From: a virus
Lineage: Duplodnaviria > Caudoviricetes
Length of the DNA: 62,595 bases
Direction: 5' to 3' (one strand)
IMG/VR virus record: IMGVR_UViG_3300027823_000007
Span: 1-62,595 of that record
In this document: positions 21,552 to 31,586 of the stretch, piece by piece
Layout: the number at the start of each line of letters is the position of its first letter
Position numbering within the stretch: the stretch's first letter is position 1
The notes under the pieces: model-generated
Database searches by the model: none
Seen by the model: only the letters and a program-made list of their open reading frames with translations
Told to the model about the DNA's origin: nothing
Position numbers and translations under genes: made by a program

Positions 21552-21926
21552 TTAAAACGGGTGATTGAAAACCTCAGTTCGATCGCCCCCGAAAGTTCTT
21601 GTTTGCTCGCGTTCTGGAATCTCAATATTGGCGGCGATCGCTAACTGTCTTAAGAACTTTAACCAGCGATCGCATTGAGATCCGTTGCCGTTGCTGTAGC
21701 TTACCGAATACCCTTCTGGTTTGACTTCAAAGCTTTTAATCTCTGAAGTGTGCCGATCTCCTGAAGTAGTGCAAAGCAACCAACCTAGATAATATTCTGT
21801 CGCTAAAGGCCTATAAGCTAAAGGGAATATTGAGGCTTTAGCTGTCGCAACTGGTAGCCAATCGGAGTAGATTAGCTCATTAAATTCCGTACCATATTTT
21901 AGGGAGAAGTCAGAGTATGACATCAT
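21552..21926 (-). CDS. Possible head-tail adaptor (DUF4054-like) on the opposite strand
   Basis: YSDF..KY..EF, ATEYYLGWLL, IKSFEV...SVSY pattern; located where an adaptor is expected. Confidence 0.5.
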   Translation of the reverse strand: MMSYSDFSLKYGTEFNELIYSDWLPVATAKASIFPLAYRPLATEYYLGWLLCTTSGDRHTSEIKSFEVKPEGYSVSYSNGNGSQCDRWLKFLRQLAIAANIEIPEREQTRTFGGDRTEVFNHPF

Positions 21927-22336
21927 TAAACCAACTAATAAAAAGCACTCTCCCAAGTGTACCTTTTTTAAAATCCGATTACCAGTTAACGTCGCTAACT
22001 TTTGAGAGATCATTAGGCGGTGTTATTGATATTTTAGGCAATCCTACAGGTTCCGAATTATTCCCGGTATTAGCTCGACTATATATAACAACTAGCTTAG
22101 AATCGTTTGCAATGCCTAACAATGGGCAACAAAATAGAGTATACAGAGGTCACGTGCAACAGCCAAAAATATTGCCGTTGTGGATAGTCCCCGGTGTGGG
22201 AGGTAGTTGCATATTAGCCGATCGAACTTATGATTTTATATTGCTAAGTCTCGATCGTACTTCGATGCCAGCTTATGCCCAAAACTTTGGGGAACGGCTA
22301 GAATTAAACGTATTTTCTAATTCTAAAAGTTTATAG
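21917..22336 (+). CDS. Putative head-closure/neck protein
   Basis: 139 aa beta-rich with DILGNP motif; position. Confidence 0.5.
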   Translation: MTSLNQLIKSTLPSVPFLKSDYQLTSLTFERSLGGVIDILGNPTGSELFPVLARLYITTSLESFAMPNNGQQNRVYRGHVQQPKILPLWIVPGVGGSCILADRTYDFILLSLDRTSMPAYAQNFGERLELNVFSNSKSL

Positions 22337-22360
22337 CCTAGGCATTCTCAATGTTGGGAA

Positions 22361-22642
22361 TTAAGGCGCGATTCTGTATTTATTCCAGTTGAATTTACGC
22401 TGATAGCGATCCGTATCAAATAGGTGACTCTCACCTCGGTATTTGATGCGATTTGCAGCTATCCATTGATATTCCCCGTTTTTGCTACAAACAAGCCTAA
22501 ACTCGCTGGAATGGTCTACTATGGGTAAGTGGATCTTTGCTACCACCCATCCCGGATGCCAATTTCTGCCACAGTCACAGGTAAAAAAACAGTCTTTAGT
22601 CGGTTTTATTAATCTGGGTTCAACACTTAACCATTTAGGCAT
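22361..22642 (-). CDS. Hypothetical protein
   Basis: 93-aa ORF ending at a dispersed-palindrome variant. Confidence 0.45.
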   Translation of the reverse strand: MPKWLSVEPRLIKPTKDCFFTCDCGRNWHPGWVVAKIHLPIVDHSSEFRLVCSKNGEYQWIAANRIKYRGESHLFDTDRYQRKFNWNKYRIAP

Positions 22643-22672
22643 AATTTGTTAGGAAACAACTAAATTAACTCA

Positions 22673-23416
22673 ATGCTAGCAATAATTCCGATCGTGATCA
22701 AAGTAGCCGCGGGTGCATTGACAAAGGGATCTGCCAAGGTTATAGCAAAATGGGCGGGTGGCAATATTGCTAAGAAATACATCGCAACAAAGGTAGCAGA
22801 AAAGGTAATTAATGAAGCAAAAAAGATGGCGTCAGGTGAGTCTAAAGACTGGCAAGCAGCTTTTAAGGAAAGTCCTGGTAACGCCATTAGAGACGCTGCT
22901 AAAGATTTTGTAAAAACTGAGGTTAAAGATGCGGTAATCAATGAAGATTTGATCCGGTATTATAACGACAGATTAATAAACAATACCGGCGATACTGTTT
23001 ATAGGGAAAGTAGAAATCTGATTGCAGATCCTAATAACTATATACTGAAAATAGATCCGGAAAAGATTATAGATCGCACTACTAGCGACATTCTCAACAG
23101 AGGTTTAGAATGGCATCAAAACAGAACTGGAATAGGTGGAAATTCGCAGTTACTAGATCGCAATGTGATAGGCGGTAGCAGTCCGATCGCATCAAGGCAA
23201 ATTTTAGAACAGGTTAATCAGATTGAAAGTGTCGATCGCATTACTACCTCAGACCTACTTGAAAGCGCCGGGAAAACGGCGTTTTATGACTCGTTTGATG
23301 AACGCAAGCTCACATATACCGTAATCGGTACTGATGACGCTTTAGCGGGGCGTGTCCGCAGTCCTTTAGAGGCTTTAATGCAGAATACTTTCGACATAGA
23401 TGAGCCCGTTAGTTGA
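22673..23416 (+). CDS. Hypothetical protein (possible virion morphogenesis)
   Basis: 247-aa ORF in the neck region. Confidence 0.55.
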   Translation: MLAIIPIVIKVAAGALTKGSAKVIAKWAGGNIAKKYIATKVAEKVINEAKKMASGESKDWQAAFKESPGNAIRDAAKDFVKTEVKDAVINEDLIRYYNDRLINNTGDTVYRESRNLIADPNNYILKIDPEKIIDRTTSDILNRGLEWHQNRTGIGGNSQLLDRNVIGGSSPIASRQILEQVNQIESVDRITTSDLLESAGKTAFYDSFDERKLTYTVIGTDDALAGRVRSPLEALMQNTFDIDEPVS

Positions 23417-24035
23417 ATCGGGCGATCGCGCGCTTCAAACCTCAGTCACGTCCCGTTTTGGTATTGGGGTAAAATCGTTATAGTGTATAGGTTTGAGGTT
23501 GTCACAGAACGATATATATTATAAAATTACCAGTACATCCTATGACTTTTCCCATTATCTGACGGGGCGATCGGGCGCAATAAAAAACCGCCAGATTAAC
23601 AGCGGTTCGACCCTTTGTTCCTAAACCCTTGAATATTGTGTCTCCGAGGTTAACAGTCTTATCATATCTTAATCTGCCAATATTTAACAACTCTCTGTTT
23701 ATTTATAAATTGGCTATCTACCAGAATTATAGTAACTCCGGTTTGGAGCATCCCATGTCCGTAGATTCGCTTGTCAGCATAGCAGTTTTTGAGCACAGTC
23801 CGGTCGCATTCTGTGGTTTGCGGCGTAAAGCCTCTGTCTCTTAAAAACTCTTCAAATCGCGTGATTTCTCCATGCCTTACGGCTATTTGCCCGATCGCGG
23901 AATCTGTCATTTTTAGAATTCTCAGTGTTGGGAATAGATGATTAATCGGCAAAACGTGCTACACTTTAAAAGTAAATATCGATTGTTTGAAGTAGTTAAA
24001 CTCTGAGGCGGCTTTTGTCCGTCTCTTTCTATAGT

Positions 24036-24512
24036 ATGTTCGATTCTGAGCAAATCAGGACAGAAATTTCATCAGCGTTAGCACCCGTGCGCGCGACACT
24101 TGCACCTAACGTATTGCTAAGGATACACCCTAACAAAGTGCAAGAGCTAGCGATCGCGGATAACGCTGGCGACATTTTGATCCTATTCCCTAGTGAGAGA
24201 ACGATCGAGAACGATCGCACGTTTTCGGCTAATTTCCAGACGCGAATCCAGAAAGTATTAATAGTAATAAGCTTGCCAGAATACTATCAAGCAACGGGGG
24301 CCGGGAAAGTAGCAGAAAGAGTAGAATCAGCACTTGAAAACCTAAAAGTCACAAGCGCTTTATTCGATTTAACTTTTGATACCCGCCGCGAATATTTTCA
24401 ACAAAAAAGATGGGTACTAGAGCAAACTTTTGATATAGTGGGAAGGCAGCGAATTAATGAGATAGCAACGACCAGCCCACAAATAGCAACAATGAGGATT
24501 GATATACTATGA
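24036..24512 (+). CDS. Tail terminator (Mu gp37-like)
   Basis: ~158 aa overlapping the sheath start; position and size. Confidence 0.6.
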   Translation: MFDSEQIRTEISSALAPVRATLAPNVLLRIHPNKVQELAIADNAGDILILFPSERTIENDRTFSANFQTRIQKVLIVISLPEYYQATGAGKVAERVESALENLKVTSALFDLTFDTRREYFQQKRWVLEQTFDIVGRQRINEIATTSPQIATMRIDIL

Positions 24513-25726
24513 ATAGCATTCTGGTAGAACAAGGTGTCAGGCTACCGAGATCCCCGTGGGACATTATTGCAGTAGTTGGGAACGCTGCAAAAGGTGACGG
24601 CAACCCTACTTTAATTACCTCTCTAACCAGCGCGATCGCAAAGTATGGGGAGCGTTTGTCATTATCTACTGCTTCAGGTAAAGGACGCGAATCTTACGGT
24701 TTAGTTGATGCGATCGAGACGATTTTTAAATATGTCCAAGTACCTATTATCGCAGTCAATAGTACGCCGTCGGTTGCAGTTGCAGCGGTAGCAGCTAAAA
24801 ACTACACATTTAATGCCTCTGGCATAATCAAGTTAGAACACCCTAACATAGTCGCCCCCATAATCGTAACTAACGTAGCTGCCGATATAACCTATGTATC
24901 CCCTACACACTTCACGATCGCCCCACTTACAGGGATAATAACCCGCACGGCTGCGAGTACAATTCCGGCGCTTGGTACTGTTCGCGTTACCTACTCGGTC
25001 GCGAACTATGACACGATTGACTTAATAAGTGCGATCGGGCTTGTTGCAGCCGTTGGCGGGCGCGAACCTACCCTGATTGTTACCGCTGGTGTTGAAATTA
25101 CCGCAGAAATTGCCATTGCATTAAATAACAAAGCGATCGCTTTGGGTGCGATCGCAGTGTACACACAACCGGGCATTAGTGCTACAGCCGCGATCCCATT
25201 ACTCACTTCTGCTAACGCGGCTGCGGTATTCCCTATCCGCACTAGCGATCGCGGGGTTGAGGGTGCTGGCGTTCACTTGGTCGCAGCCGTGGCACTGTTA
25301 GACTATTGGGAGAACCCTAACGGAAAGTCACTAAAAGAATCTGCGATCGCCATTACTCTTGCAGACTCTGCACTATTGCAGGCTAAAGGCATAACATGGG
25401 GAAGTGATAGGATCATGACATCTATTATGACAAATGGATTGCCGTTTAATATTGCTAGACTGAGGGCAAAAGCTCAATCCTTGGCTGACAGAGTAGCTTT
25501 TGACTGGAGGCAAAAACCCTTTGATTTAGTACATCTAGAGGCTATTGCTCAAGCTATCCGCGACGCTTTGAACCGTGAACCAGAAGCCTCTCTGCTGCCT
25601 TATGGTGTAGTCAATTTCAGTAGTGAAAAGTCGGACACAGCCGATCGCCGTCTGGTTTATGATGTCCTTTTGAAAGGTGATAATCAGGCCGATCGCATTG
25701 CAGAAATAACAATCTTTGTGAGTTAG
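24509..25726 (+). CDS. Contractile tail sheath protein
   Basis: IIAVVGNA, PTLITSL..AIAKYG, YWENPNGK, C-terminal DRIAEITI. Confidence 0.8.
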   Translation: MNSILVEQGVRLPRSPWDIIAVVGNAAKGDGNPTLITSLTSAIAKYGERLSLSTASGKGRESYGLVDAIETIFKYVQVPIIAVNSTPSVAVAAVAAKNYTFNASGIIKLEHPNIVAPIIVTNVAADITYVSPTHFTIAPLTGIITRTAASTIPALGTVRVTYSVANYDTIDLISAIGLVAAVGGREPTLIVTAGVEITAEIAIALNNKAIALGAIAVYTQPGISATAAIPLLTSANAAAVFPIRTSDRGVEGAGVHLVAAVALLDYWENPNGKSLKESAIAITLADSALLQAKGITWGSDRIMTSIMTNGLPFNIARLRAKAQSLADRVAFDWRQKPFDLVHLEAIAQAIRDALNREPEASLLPYGVVNFSSEKSDTADRRLVYDVLLKGDNQADRIAEITIFVS

Positions 25727-25730
25727 AAAT

Positions 25731-26207
25731 ATGCTAAAAGTTGCGTTTGTTGATGTTGACGGGGTAATACTGGTTAACGGTGAGGTCAAGACAATTGACT
25801 TGCCAGAATTTACCAGGAATTATGATACTGATATGGTAGTCGGGACTGACTTTACAAAACCAGAGGCGCGATCAATTCAGGCAGCAGAATTAACTATGTC
25901 ACTCAAGGATCATAGAAAAAATCCTGCTTTTTTAAGGTTTGTGGAAAATGCCTTTAATACAAAGTTGATAGTAACTTTGATGGTACTAAATGTAGACATG
26001 ACATCACCTACTGTCGCGATTAGCGATGGTGAGTTTTTCTCAGGTTATGTTAGCCGACCGGGGCGCTCTGTGAGTCCAGATAAAGCTGATGACGGTAGCG
26101 TCAAATTACAAGTCTCCGACTCATGGCGAACAGAGAACGGCGTAGTGGTTTGGAGACTTCCTACAGGTTCCTCCGACACGATCGGAGTTGAATTGGTACA
26201 CGGTTAA
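25731..26207 (+). CDS. Tail tube protein
   Basis: 158 aa immediately after sheath; GEVKTIDLPE resembles P2-type tube N-terminus. Confidence 0.7.
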   Translation: MLKVAFVDVDGVILVNGEVKTIDLPEFTRNYDTDMVVGTDFTKPEARSIQAAELTMSLKDHRKNPAFLRFVENAFNTKLIVTLMVLNVDMTSPTVAISDGEFFSGYVSRPGRSVSPDKADDGSVKLQVSDSWRTENGVVVWRLPTGSSDTIGVELVHG

Positions 26208-26273
26208 TGATATTCCCAACAATGGGAATAACAGGACAAAACCCGATCGCGCGATCGGGTTTTAAATTGCCTT

Positions 26274-26660
26274 TTACCCTTCGCTGATGGCAGCCTCAGA
26301 CGCAGACGCGATCGCGATCGCTAGTATCAAAGCGCTAAGCAAATTGTCAAGCTCATCCCCGACCTTTATGGTATGAAACCGAGACTCTAACTTGTCAATT
26401 GCAGTCTGTACTTTTGGTGTTACACTTCCTTCTGAGAATAGAGAATATACCACTTCAGCCCTATCTGTCGGAGTAAATGGTTTATTAGGATTAGCGACAG
26501 CCGCTGCGATAAAATTGTCAGGATCAATCAGACAATCCTCAACCCAAAGGCCAAACACATTGACAAACCGAGAAATACGGGAGATCGAGCCGTTGCCTTT
26601 CTCAAAGTCGGCAATCGCTTTAGTTAACTCAGGGCTTTTGTAATCGGTTAAACTGATCAT
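26274..26660 (-). CDS. Hypothetical protein
   Basis: ORF with GGAG RBS in a divergent insertion. Confidence 0.5.
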   Translation of the reverse strand: MISLTDYKSPELTKAIADFEKGNGSISRISRFVNVFGLWVEDCLIDPDNFIAAAVANPNKPFTPTDRAEVVYSLFSEGSVTPKVQTAIDKLESRFHTIKVGDELDNLLSALILAIAIASASEAAISEG

Positions 26661-26731
26661 AACTCTCCGATTGTTCTTTGTTACTATAGTATAGTATAAC
26701 ATAGGAACAACACAATCGGAGAAAAAAATAA

Positions 26732-27061
26732 ATGACTTTTAAAGGATCGGACATCGTGTATCCACCGTTACCCTGCATTACCAGGACTTGCCTACTCTGT
26801 GGATTTATGTTTTCCAACAACGATAGTAGGACGGATTACTGGCACTGGTGCGATGAATGTTTTATCAATGCACCTTTAAATGTACGCCACAAGGCTTGCA
26901 CGGCTGAAGAATTGGCAGCTAGTCAAGCGCGGCAAAAGAAAACACGGGAATCTCTTAAACAGCGGGCGATCAACAAAAAAAACCGAGTAGGGAAAACTAC
27001 GACGGCTAAAGTCAAAAAAGAAGACAATGATCAAGATGTGCACCTAATCTACAATCAATAG
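26732..27061 (+). CDS. Zn-finger hypothetical protein
   Basis: CLLC...WCDEC followed by a basic tail. Confidence 0.55.
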   Translation: MTFKGSDIVYPPLPCITRTCLLCGFMFSNNDSRTDYWHWCDECFINAPLNVRHKACTAEELAASQARQKKTRESLKQRAINKKNRVGKTTTAKVKKEDNDQDVHLIYNQ

Positions 27062-27094
27062 GCTAAGATTGCAGAGAACCTTAGCCTATTGAAT

Positions 27095-27721
27095 ATGTCA
27101 CTAGCTAGCCTAAAACTCCCAAAGGGTGCATTAATTCTCAACTACAATAAACCGGGCCAACATTATTTTGATTACGAATTAGCGCCACGAGATGTATTGT
27201 CAAAACTTGCATTCTTAGGCGCTGTTTCAACTGTTGAAATAGACGGTAAGACCTTGCCCACAACGGCAGAAAATTTACAACGCGCGGGGATAGGCCGTAA
27301 ATCATTAGGTGACGGGGTAGAGATGACTGGGTTAATGGGATGTGTGCTACTCTGTGAGGGCGATCGGTTTAAAATACTAGACAACTCATTAGACGTTGTA
27401 AATTCTAGGCACTTCACTTTTGACAAAACAGAAATCACTTTTGACAACAGTGATAACGATATTTTTCAGAATACTTTATGGTCTAAGAACGTAGAAGAGT
27501 CCGGGCGCTTGTTGGCTCACGTCAAAGATATTACCAGTTATTGTAAGATTAACGGACAGCCTGTCTTAACCCAACATTTTGATCTACCAGTTACCGAGGG
27601 CGGGATAGGCTGGCTATTGGCTGCAATTTTGCTTAAGGTAAGCATTAACCAGGGAAAGTTCGAGTTATCGATCCCAGAACCGTTATCATCCTCTCAAAAT
27701 GGTGCGGATACGATTTCTTAG
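27095..27721 (+). CDS. Tail assembly chaperone; -1 frameshift product extends to 27825
   Basis: Upstream of tape measure; slippery GGGAAAG at 27652-27658; -1 frame open to TAA 27823-27825. Confidence 0.8.
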   Translation: MSLASLKLPKGALILNYNKPGQHYFDYELAPRDVLSKLAFLGAVSTVEIDGKTLPTTAENLQRAGIGRKSLGDGVEMTGLMGCVLLCEGDRFKILDNSLDVVNSRHFTFDKTEITFDNSDNDIFQNTLWSKNVEESGRLLAHVKDITSYCKINGQPVLTQHFDLPVTEGGIGWLLAAILLKVSINQGKFELSIPEPLSSSQNGADTIS

Positions 27722-27847
27722 CGCAAATAGCACCGTTACCCCAAAAGGCTCAAGAGATATTTATACTTGAAGCGATCGCACTAATGGAAGAGGAAGCAAC
27801 CGAGATAAGACGACGGCAAAAATAATTCCCAACATTGGGATTAATTA

Positions 27848-29455
27848 ATGGGCGTGATAAAGTTAGGAGTACAGGCGGATCTAACCGATAACGTAACACC
27901 CGGTTTACAGAAATTAGCAAGTTCTGGCGCTGATGAATTAAAGCGTATTAGCGATGCTCAAAGAGCGATGAATGAGGTCGTAGGAGGTGCACAGACCTAC
28001 ATTACAGCGCCGTTAGTCGCGCTTGGTGCTGTGGCGTTTGATGCCTCAACAAAATTCGAGACAAGCATCACAAGTATCAATAAAATTCTCGATTTGACCC
28101 CCGACAAACTGGCAGCAATGAAAGGGGAAATATTAGACTTATCTAATACTTTAAAAGTAGTTGATCCGAATAAAATCGCCGCGCTTGCTGCTGCTGCTGC
28201 ACAATACGGGATAGCGTCTGATGAGGTTATAAAGTTCACAGAAACAGTCGGAAAGATGGCGTTTGCTTTTGATTTGCCAGCCGATGAAGCTGGGGAAAGC
28301 GCCGCGAAAATTAGAAATATTTTCAAACTTTCGGTCGATGAAATGAACGATTTAGGAGGAACGATAAACGAACTTTCTAATAATATGGCAGCAAGCGCTA
28401 AAGAGATAACTAAAGTGTTACCGCGTGTTTCCGGTCTGGCAGCACAAGCGGGATTAACCTATAGAGAAACTGCGGCGCTTTCTGGTGCTATTTTGTCACT
28501 GGGAATTGTACCCGCTAAAGCAGGCACGGCGATTAATTTTCTAGTTGGATCAATGAGTGCTGCAACTGTTGGATCTGCTAGATTTAAACGCGGGATCGCA
28601 ATGGTCGGTTATTCTGCTAGAGAGATGGAGGAAGACGTGAGATCGCGCGGATCTGCGGCTATTACGGATTTTCTAACTAAGATTAACTCACTAGACGCTG
28701 CTAAGCGATCGCGCGCTATTGCCTTAATAGGTGGTCGGGAATACTCAGACGATTTAGGGATGATGTCTAGTAATGTTGAATTGCTACAACGCGCTTTAAA
28801 TCTTGCAAATAATGAACAGGCAACAGCTACATCATTGCAGCGTGAATTTGACATCCAAACAAATACAACAGCATCAGAAGTCGCGCGGATGGGCGTTAGT
28901 ATGAATAAGCTTGCGATCGTGGTTGGTGATGCCTTGCTGCCACCAATTAACGCTTTGTTAGACAAGATGATCCCGCTAATTCAAAAAACAGCGGATTGGG
29001 CTAAAGAAAACCCCAAAGTTGTTAAAAGTATTGTATACGTCGGAGCGGCGCTTGCTGCGATCGCCCCAACAGTCCTATTCTTTTCAGCTATAACTGGCAT
29101 TGTGACCGCTGCGGGCTTAGCTTTCTCTGTGTTTGGTGGCGGCGCTACAACAGCGCTTTTAGCCGTAGCTGCGGCGGGCGCGATCGCGGTGGCAACAATC
29201 CGACCTTTGAGAGAGGGCTTTATGAGTGCGATCGGCGTACTGCCATCTATGCCTACTGCTAAATCATCAACTTTATTCGGTTCCTCTGGCGGCGGCGGTA
29301 GCCAACAGCAAACCGTTACCTATTCCCCGACTGTGAATGTTAGCGGTACAGCATCCAAAGATGACATCATAGACACCCTCAGAGAGCGTCAGCGCGACTT
29401 TGAAGTGTTTATTAAGGAAACACTAAGCAAGTACGGTCGCACGTCCTATGGTTGA
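27848..29455 (+). CDS. Tail tape measure protein (TP901-family core)
   Basis: FETSITSINK, AAAAAQYG, INELSNNMAASA, AGTAIN; Ala-rich. Confidence 0.9.
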   Translation: MGVIKLGVQADLTDNVTPGLQKLASSGADELKRISDAQRAMNEVVGGAQTYITAPLVALGAVAFDASTKFETSITSINKILDLTPDKLAAMKGEILDLSNTLKVVDPNKIAALAAAAAQYGIASDEVIKFTETVGKMAFAFDLPADEAGESAAKIRNIFKLSVDEMNDLGGTINELSNNMAASAKEITKVLPRVSGLAAQAGLTYRETAALSGAILSLGIVPAKAGTAINFLVGSMSAATVGSARFKRGIAMVGYSAREMEEDVRSRGSAAITDFLTKINSLDAAKRSRAIALIGGREYSDDLGMMSSNVELLQRALNLANNEQATATSLQREFDIQTNTTASEVARMGVSMNKLAIVVGDALLPPINALLDKMIPLIQKTADWAKENPKVVKSIVYVGAALAAIAPTVLFFSAITGIVTAAGLAFSVFGGGATTALLAVAAAGAIAVATIRPLREGFMSAIGVLPSMPTAKSSTLFGSSGGGGSQQQTVTYSPTVNVSGTASKDDIIDTLRERQRDFEVFIKETLSKYGRTSYG

Positions 29456-29537
29456 TTTTAAAGCCTTTATGGGAATCCCCATAATGGTGCTACAATAGAA
29501 ATAACTTACCTTTGTTGATTTCTTCTTCAAAACACTT

Positions 29538-29577
29538 AAAACCCGCAAACTTTTAAAAGAATTTGCGGGTTTTTTAT
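29538..29577. terminator. Bidirectional intrinsic terminator; repeated family also at ~31521, ~32092 and ~39967
   Basis: AAAACCCGCAAA...TTTGCGGGTTTTTT. Confidence 0.8.
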
Positions 29578-29696
29578 TCACGGTTAATCCCAGTATTGGG
29601 AATTAATCTTTAAGCACGATCGCGCTATCGGGATTTTCCGGTAATTTTGCCTTTGGGTATGGTATAATATAATAAGACAAACAAAAGGGAGGCAAG

Positions 29697-30884
29697 ATGA
29701 AAGGGCGGTATCAATTCCGATTCTATCCGACAATCGAACAAAAAATAAGCTTGGCTCAATTGTTTGGGTGTGTCCGGGTAGTCTGGAATGATGCACTAAG
29801 ACTATGCAAACAATCCGAAAAAAAGCCTAGCTCAGGCGACTTGCACAGAATTGTCACTACTCATGCAAAAAAGACAGTAGAAAGAGCTTGGCTAAGTGAA
29901 GTGTCAAGCGTAGCTTTGCAACAATCTGTCGCAGACTTAGAAACCGCATTTACAAACTTTTTTAATTCTCACAATGGGAAGAGAAAGGGCAAAAAAGCTG
30001 GCTACCCTAAGTTTAAGAAAAAAGCCAACAGTCAGTCAGCAAGATTGACCCGTAACGCTTTTACGATGCGAGGCAATGAAGTCTATCTAGCAAAAATAGG
30101 GGATGTTTCCCCAGTTTGGTCAAGAAAATTACCATCAAAACCTAGCTCTGTCACAATAATTAAAGACTGTGCAAATAGGTATTTTTTGAGCTTTGTTGTA
30201 GAAGTTTCCCCTATTCACGTTGAGCCAAAAAATCAAAGTGTTGGTGTTGATTTAGGTATCAAAACCTTCGCTGTAATGAGTGATGGCACAACCGCCCAAA
30301 GTCCAAACTACAAAGTGCTAGATCGTAAAATTCGCAGGTTACAGCGCAAGTTATCCCGTCAAGTCCAAACCTCAAAACGTAGGAATAAAACCAGGTTAAA
30401 AATAGCTAAACTGCATAATCAGATTGCTGATACTAGAAAAGATTTCCTGCACAAACTTTCGACTAAATTGGTGAGTGAAAACCAAACCATCATTTTAGAA
30501 GATTTAAACGTAGCCGGAATGGTAAAAAATAGAAGCCTGTCAAGAGCAATTAGTCAGCAAGGCTGGGGAGAATTTAGGACACTCTGCGAGGGTAAATCAG
30601 AGAAGTACGGCAGAGATTTTAAAGTAATTAATCGCTGGGAGCCGACCTCTCAAACTTGCTCAGACTGCGGTTTTCGGTGGGGTAAAATAAGCCTATCTGT
30701 TCGATCAATTCAATGCTTAAACTGTGGGAGTCAGCACGATCGCGACTTAAACGCAGCAAAAAATATACAACAAGTCGGGATGGGGCATCGCCACGACTCT
30801 AAACGAGCACAGAGCTTGAGTAAAACTACCTCGGTAGTATCGGGTGATGAAGTGCTAAGCCTAAATTCGTCTATTTTCGATTAG
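29697..30884 (+). CDS. tnpB: IS200/IS605-family RNA-guided nuclease TnpB, copy 1
   Basis: FRFYPT, FGCVRVVWN, RuvC D/E/D (VGVDLG, ILEDL, DRDLNAA), Zn finger CSDC/CLNC. Confidence 0.95.
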   Translation: MKGRYQFRFYPTIEQKISLAQLFGCVRVVWNDALRLCKQSEKKPSSGDLHRIVTTHAKKTVERAWLSEVSSVALQQSVADLETAFTNFFNSHNGKRKGKKAGYPKFKKKANSQSARLTRNAFTMRGNEVYLAKIGDVSPVWSRKLPSKPSSVTIIKDCANRYFLSFVVEVSPIHVEPKNQSVGVDLGIKTFAVMSDGTTAQSPNYKVLDRKIRRLQRKLSRQVQTSKRRNKTRLKIAKLHNQIADTRKDFLHKLSTKLVSENQTIILEDLNVAGMVKNRSLSRAISQQGWGEFRTLCEGKSEKYGRDFKVINRWEPTSQTCSDCGFRWGKISLSVRSIQCLNCGSQHDRDLNAAKNIQQVGMGHRHDSKRAQSLSKTTSVVSGDEVLSLNSSIFD

Positions 30885-30929
30885 TTCGAGTTTAGAATCC
30901 CCACGCCTTTAGGCTGGGGTGTATGTCAA
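30770..30929 (+). ncRNA. Putative TnpB omegaRNA scaffold / IS right end, copy 1 (5' boundary approximate)
   Basis: Hairpin AGAATCCCCACGCCTTTAGGCTGGGG ending in GTATGTCAA; identity with copy 2 stops exactly after TCAA. Confidence 0.7.
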
Positions 30930-31464
30930 CGACATCTTCCTCTAAATCTTCAATCTGAGAGGCTTGTAATTCGTTTTGCACTCTTAGCCGTTCTTTCTCT
31001 TCCTCACCCTCCACAAGCGCTTTTAAGGCTTCTAAATAGGTCGCTGGCAGTTGATGGTCGGTAGGCGCGATCGAGACAGTCCCGGTCGTCATCAGGGTTT
31101 TAATTTGCTGAGATACCCAAACTCGGAATTTGACATTGCACCACGCCGCGAAGTCGATCGCTACTTCCTCAATTGCCCACGTCCCCCGCTCATCCGCTGG
31201 GATACCCTGTCCGCCTACCTTTGAGTCAATTACGGGGATTCCCGTAATTGATGTTCGGATCAATTGACCTGCTACCGGAAAATCGGTAGCAGCCTCTAAT
31301 CCACTCACTGTAAGGATTTCAAGTTTCCGTGAACGATCCGAGATTGTTTGCTGTGGCACCTCAATCCATCGGCTATAGCTCGACTGTGTGCAATACGCAG
31401 CGCCATTAGGAGCGATGATGACTTCTAATCCCGATTCGGTCTTTGAGTATGTTAGACTAGACAT
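30892..31464 (-). CDS. Mosaic antirepressor-like protein (HTH-like N-terminus plus KilA-N C-half), truncated by the IS right end
   Basis: GTWAIEEVAIDFAAWCNVKFRVWV shared with 49817-50512; LPATYLEALKAL; last codons run into the IS end. Confidence 0.75.
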   Translation of the reverse strand: MSSLTYSKTESGLEVIIAPNGAAYCTQSSYSRWIEVPQQTISDRSRKLEILTVSGLEAATDFPVAGQLIRTSITGIPVIDSKVGGQGIPADERGTWAIEEVAIDFAAWCNVKFRVWVSQQIKTLMTTGTVSIAPTDHQLPATYLEALKALVEGEEEKERLRVQNELQASQIEDLEEDVVDIHPSLKAWGF

Positions 31465-31586
31465 AGCTTGCCTTACCTTGGTTGATTTATTGTTCAAATA
31501 CATCCTACCATAGTATAACGAAAAACCCGCAAACTTTTAAAAGGTTGCGGGTTTTTTATTGGGCTCGATCGGGATTAATCCTAATA

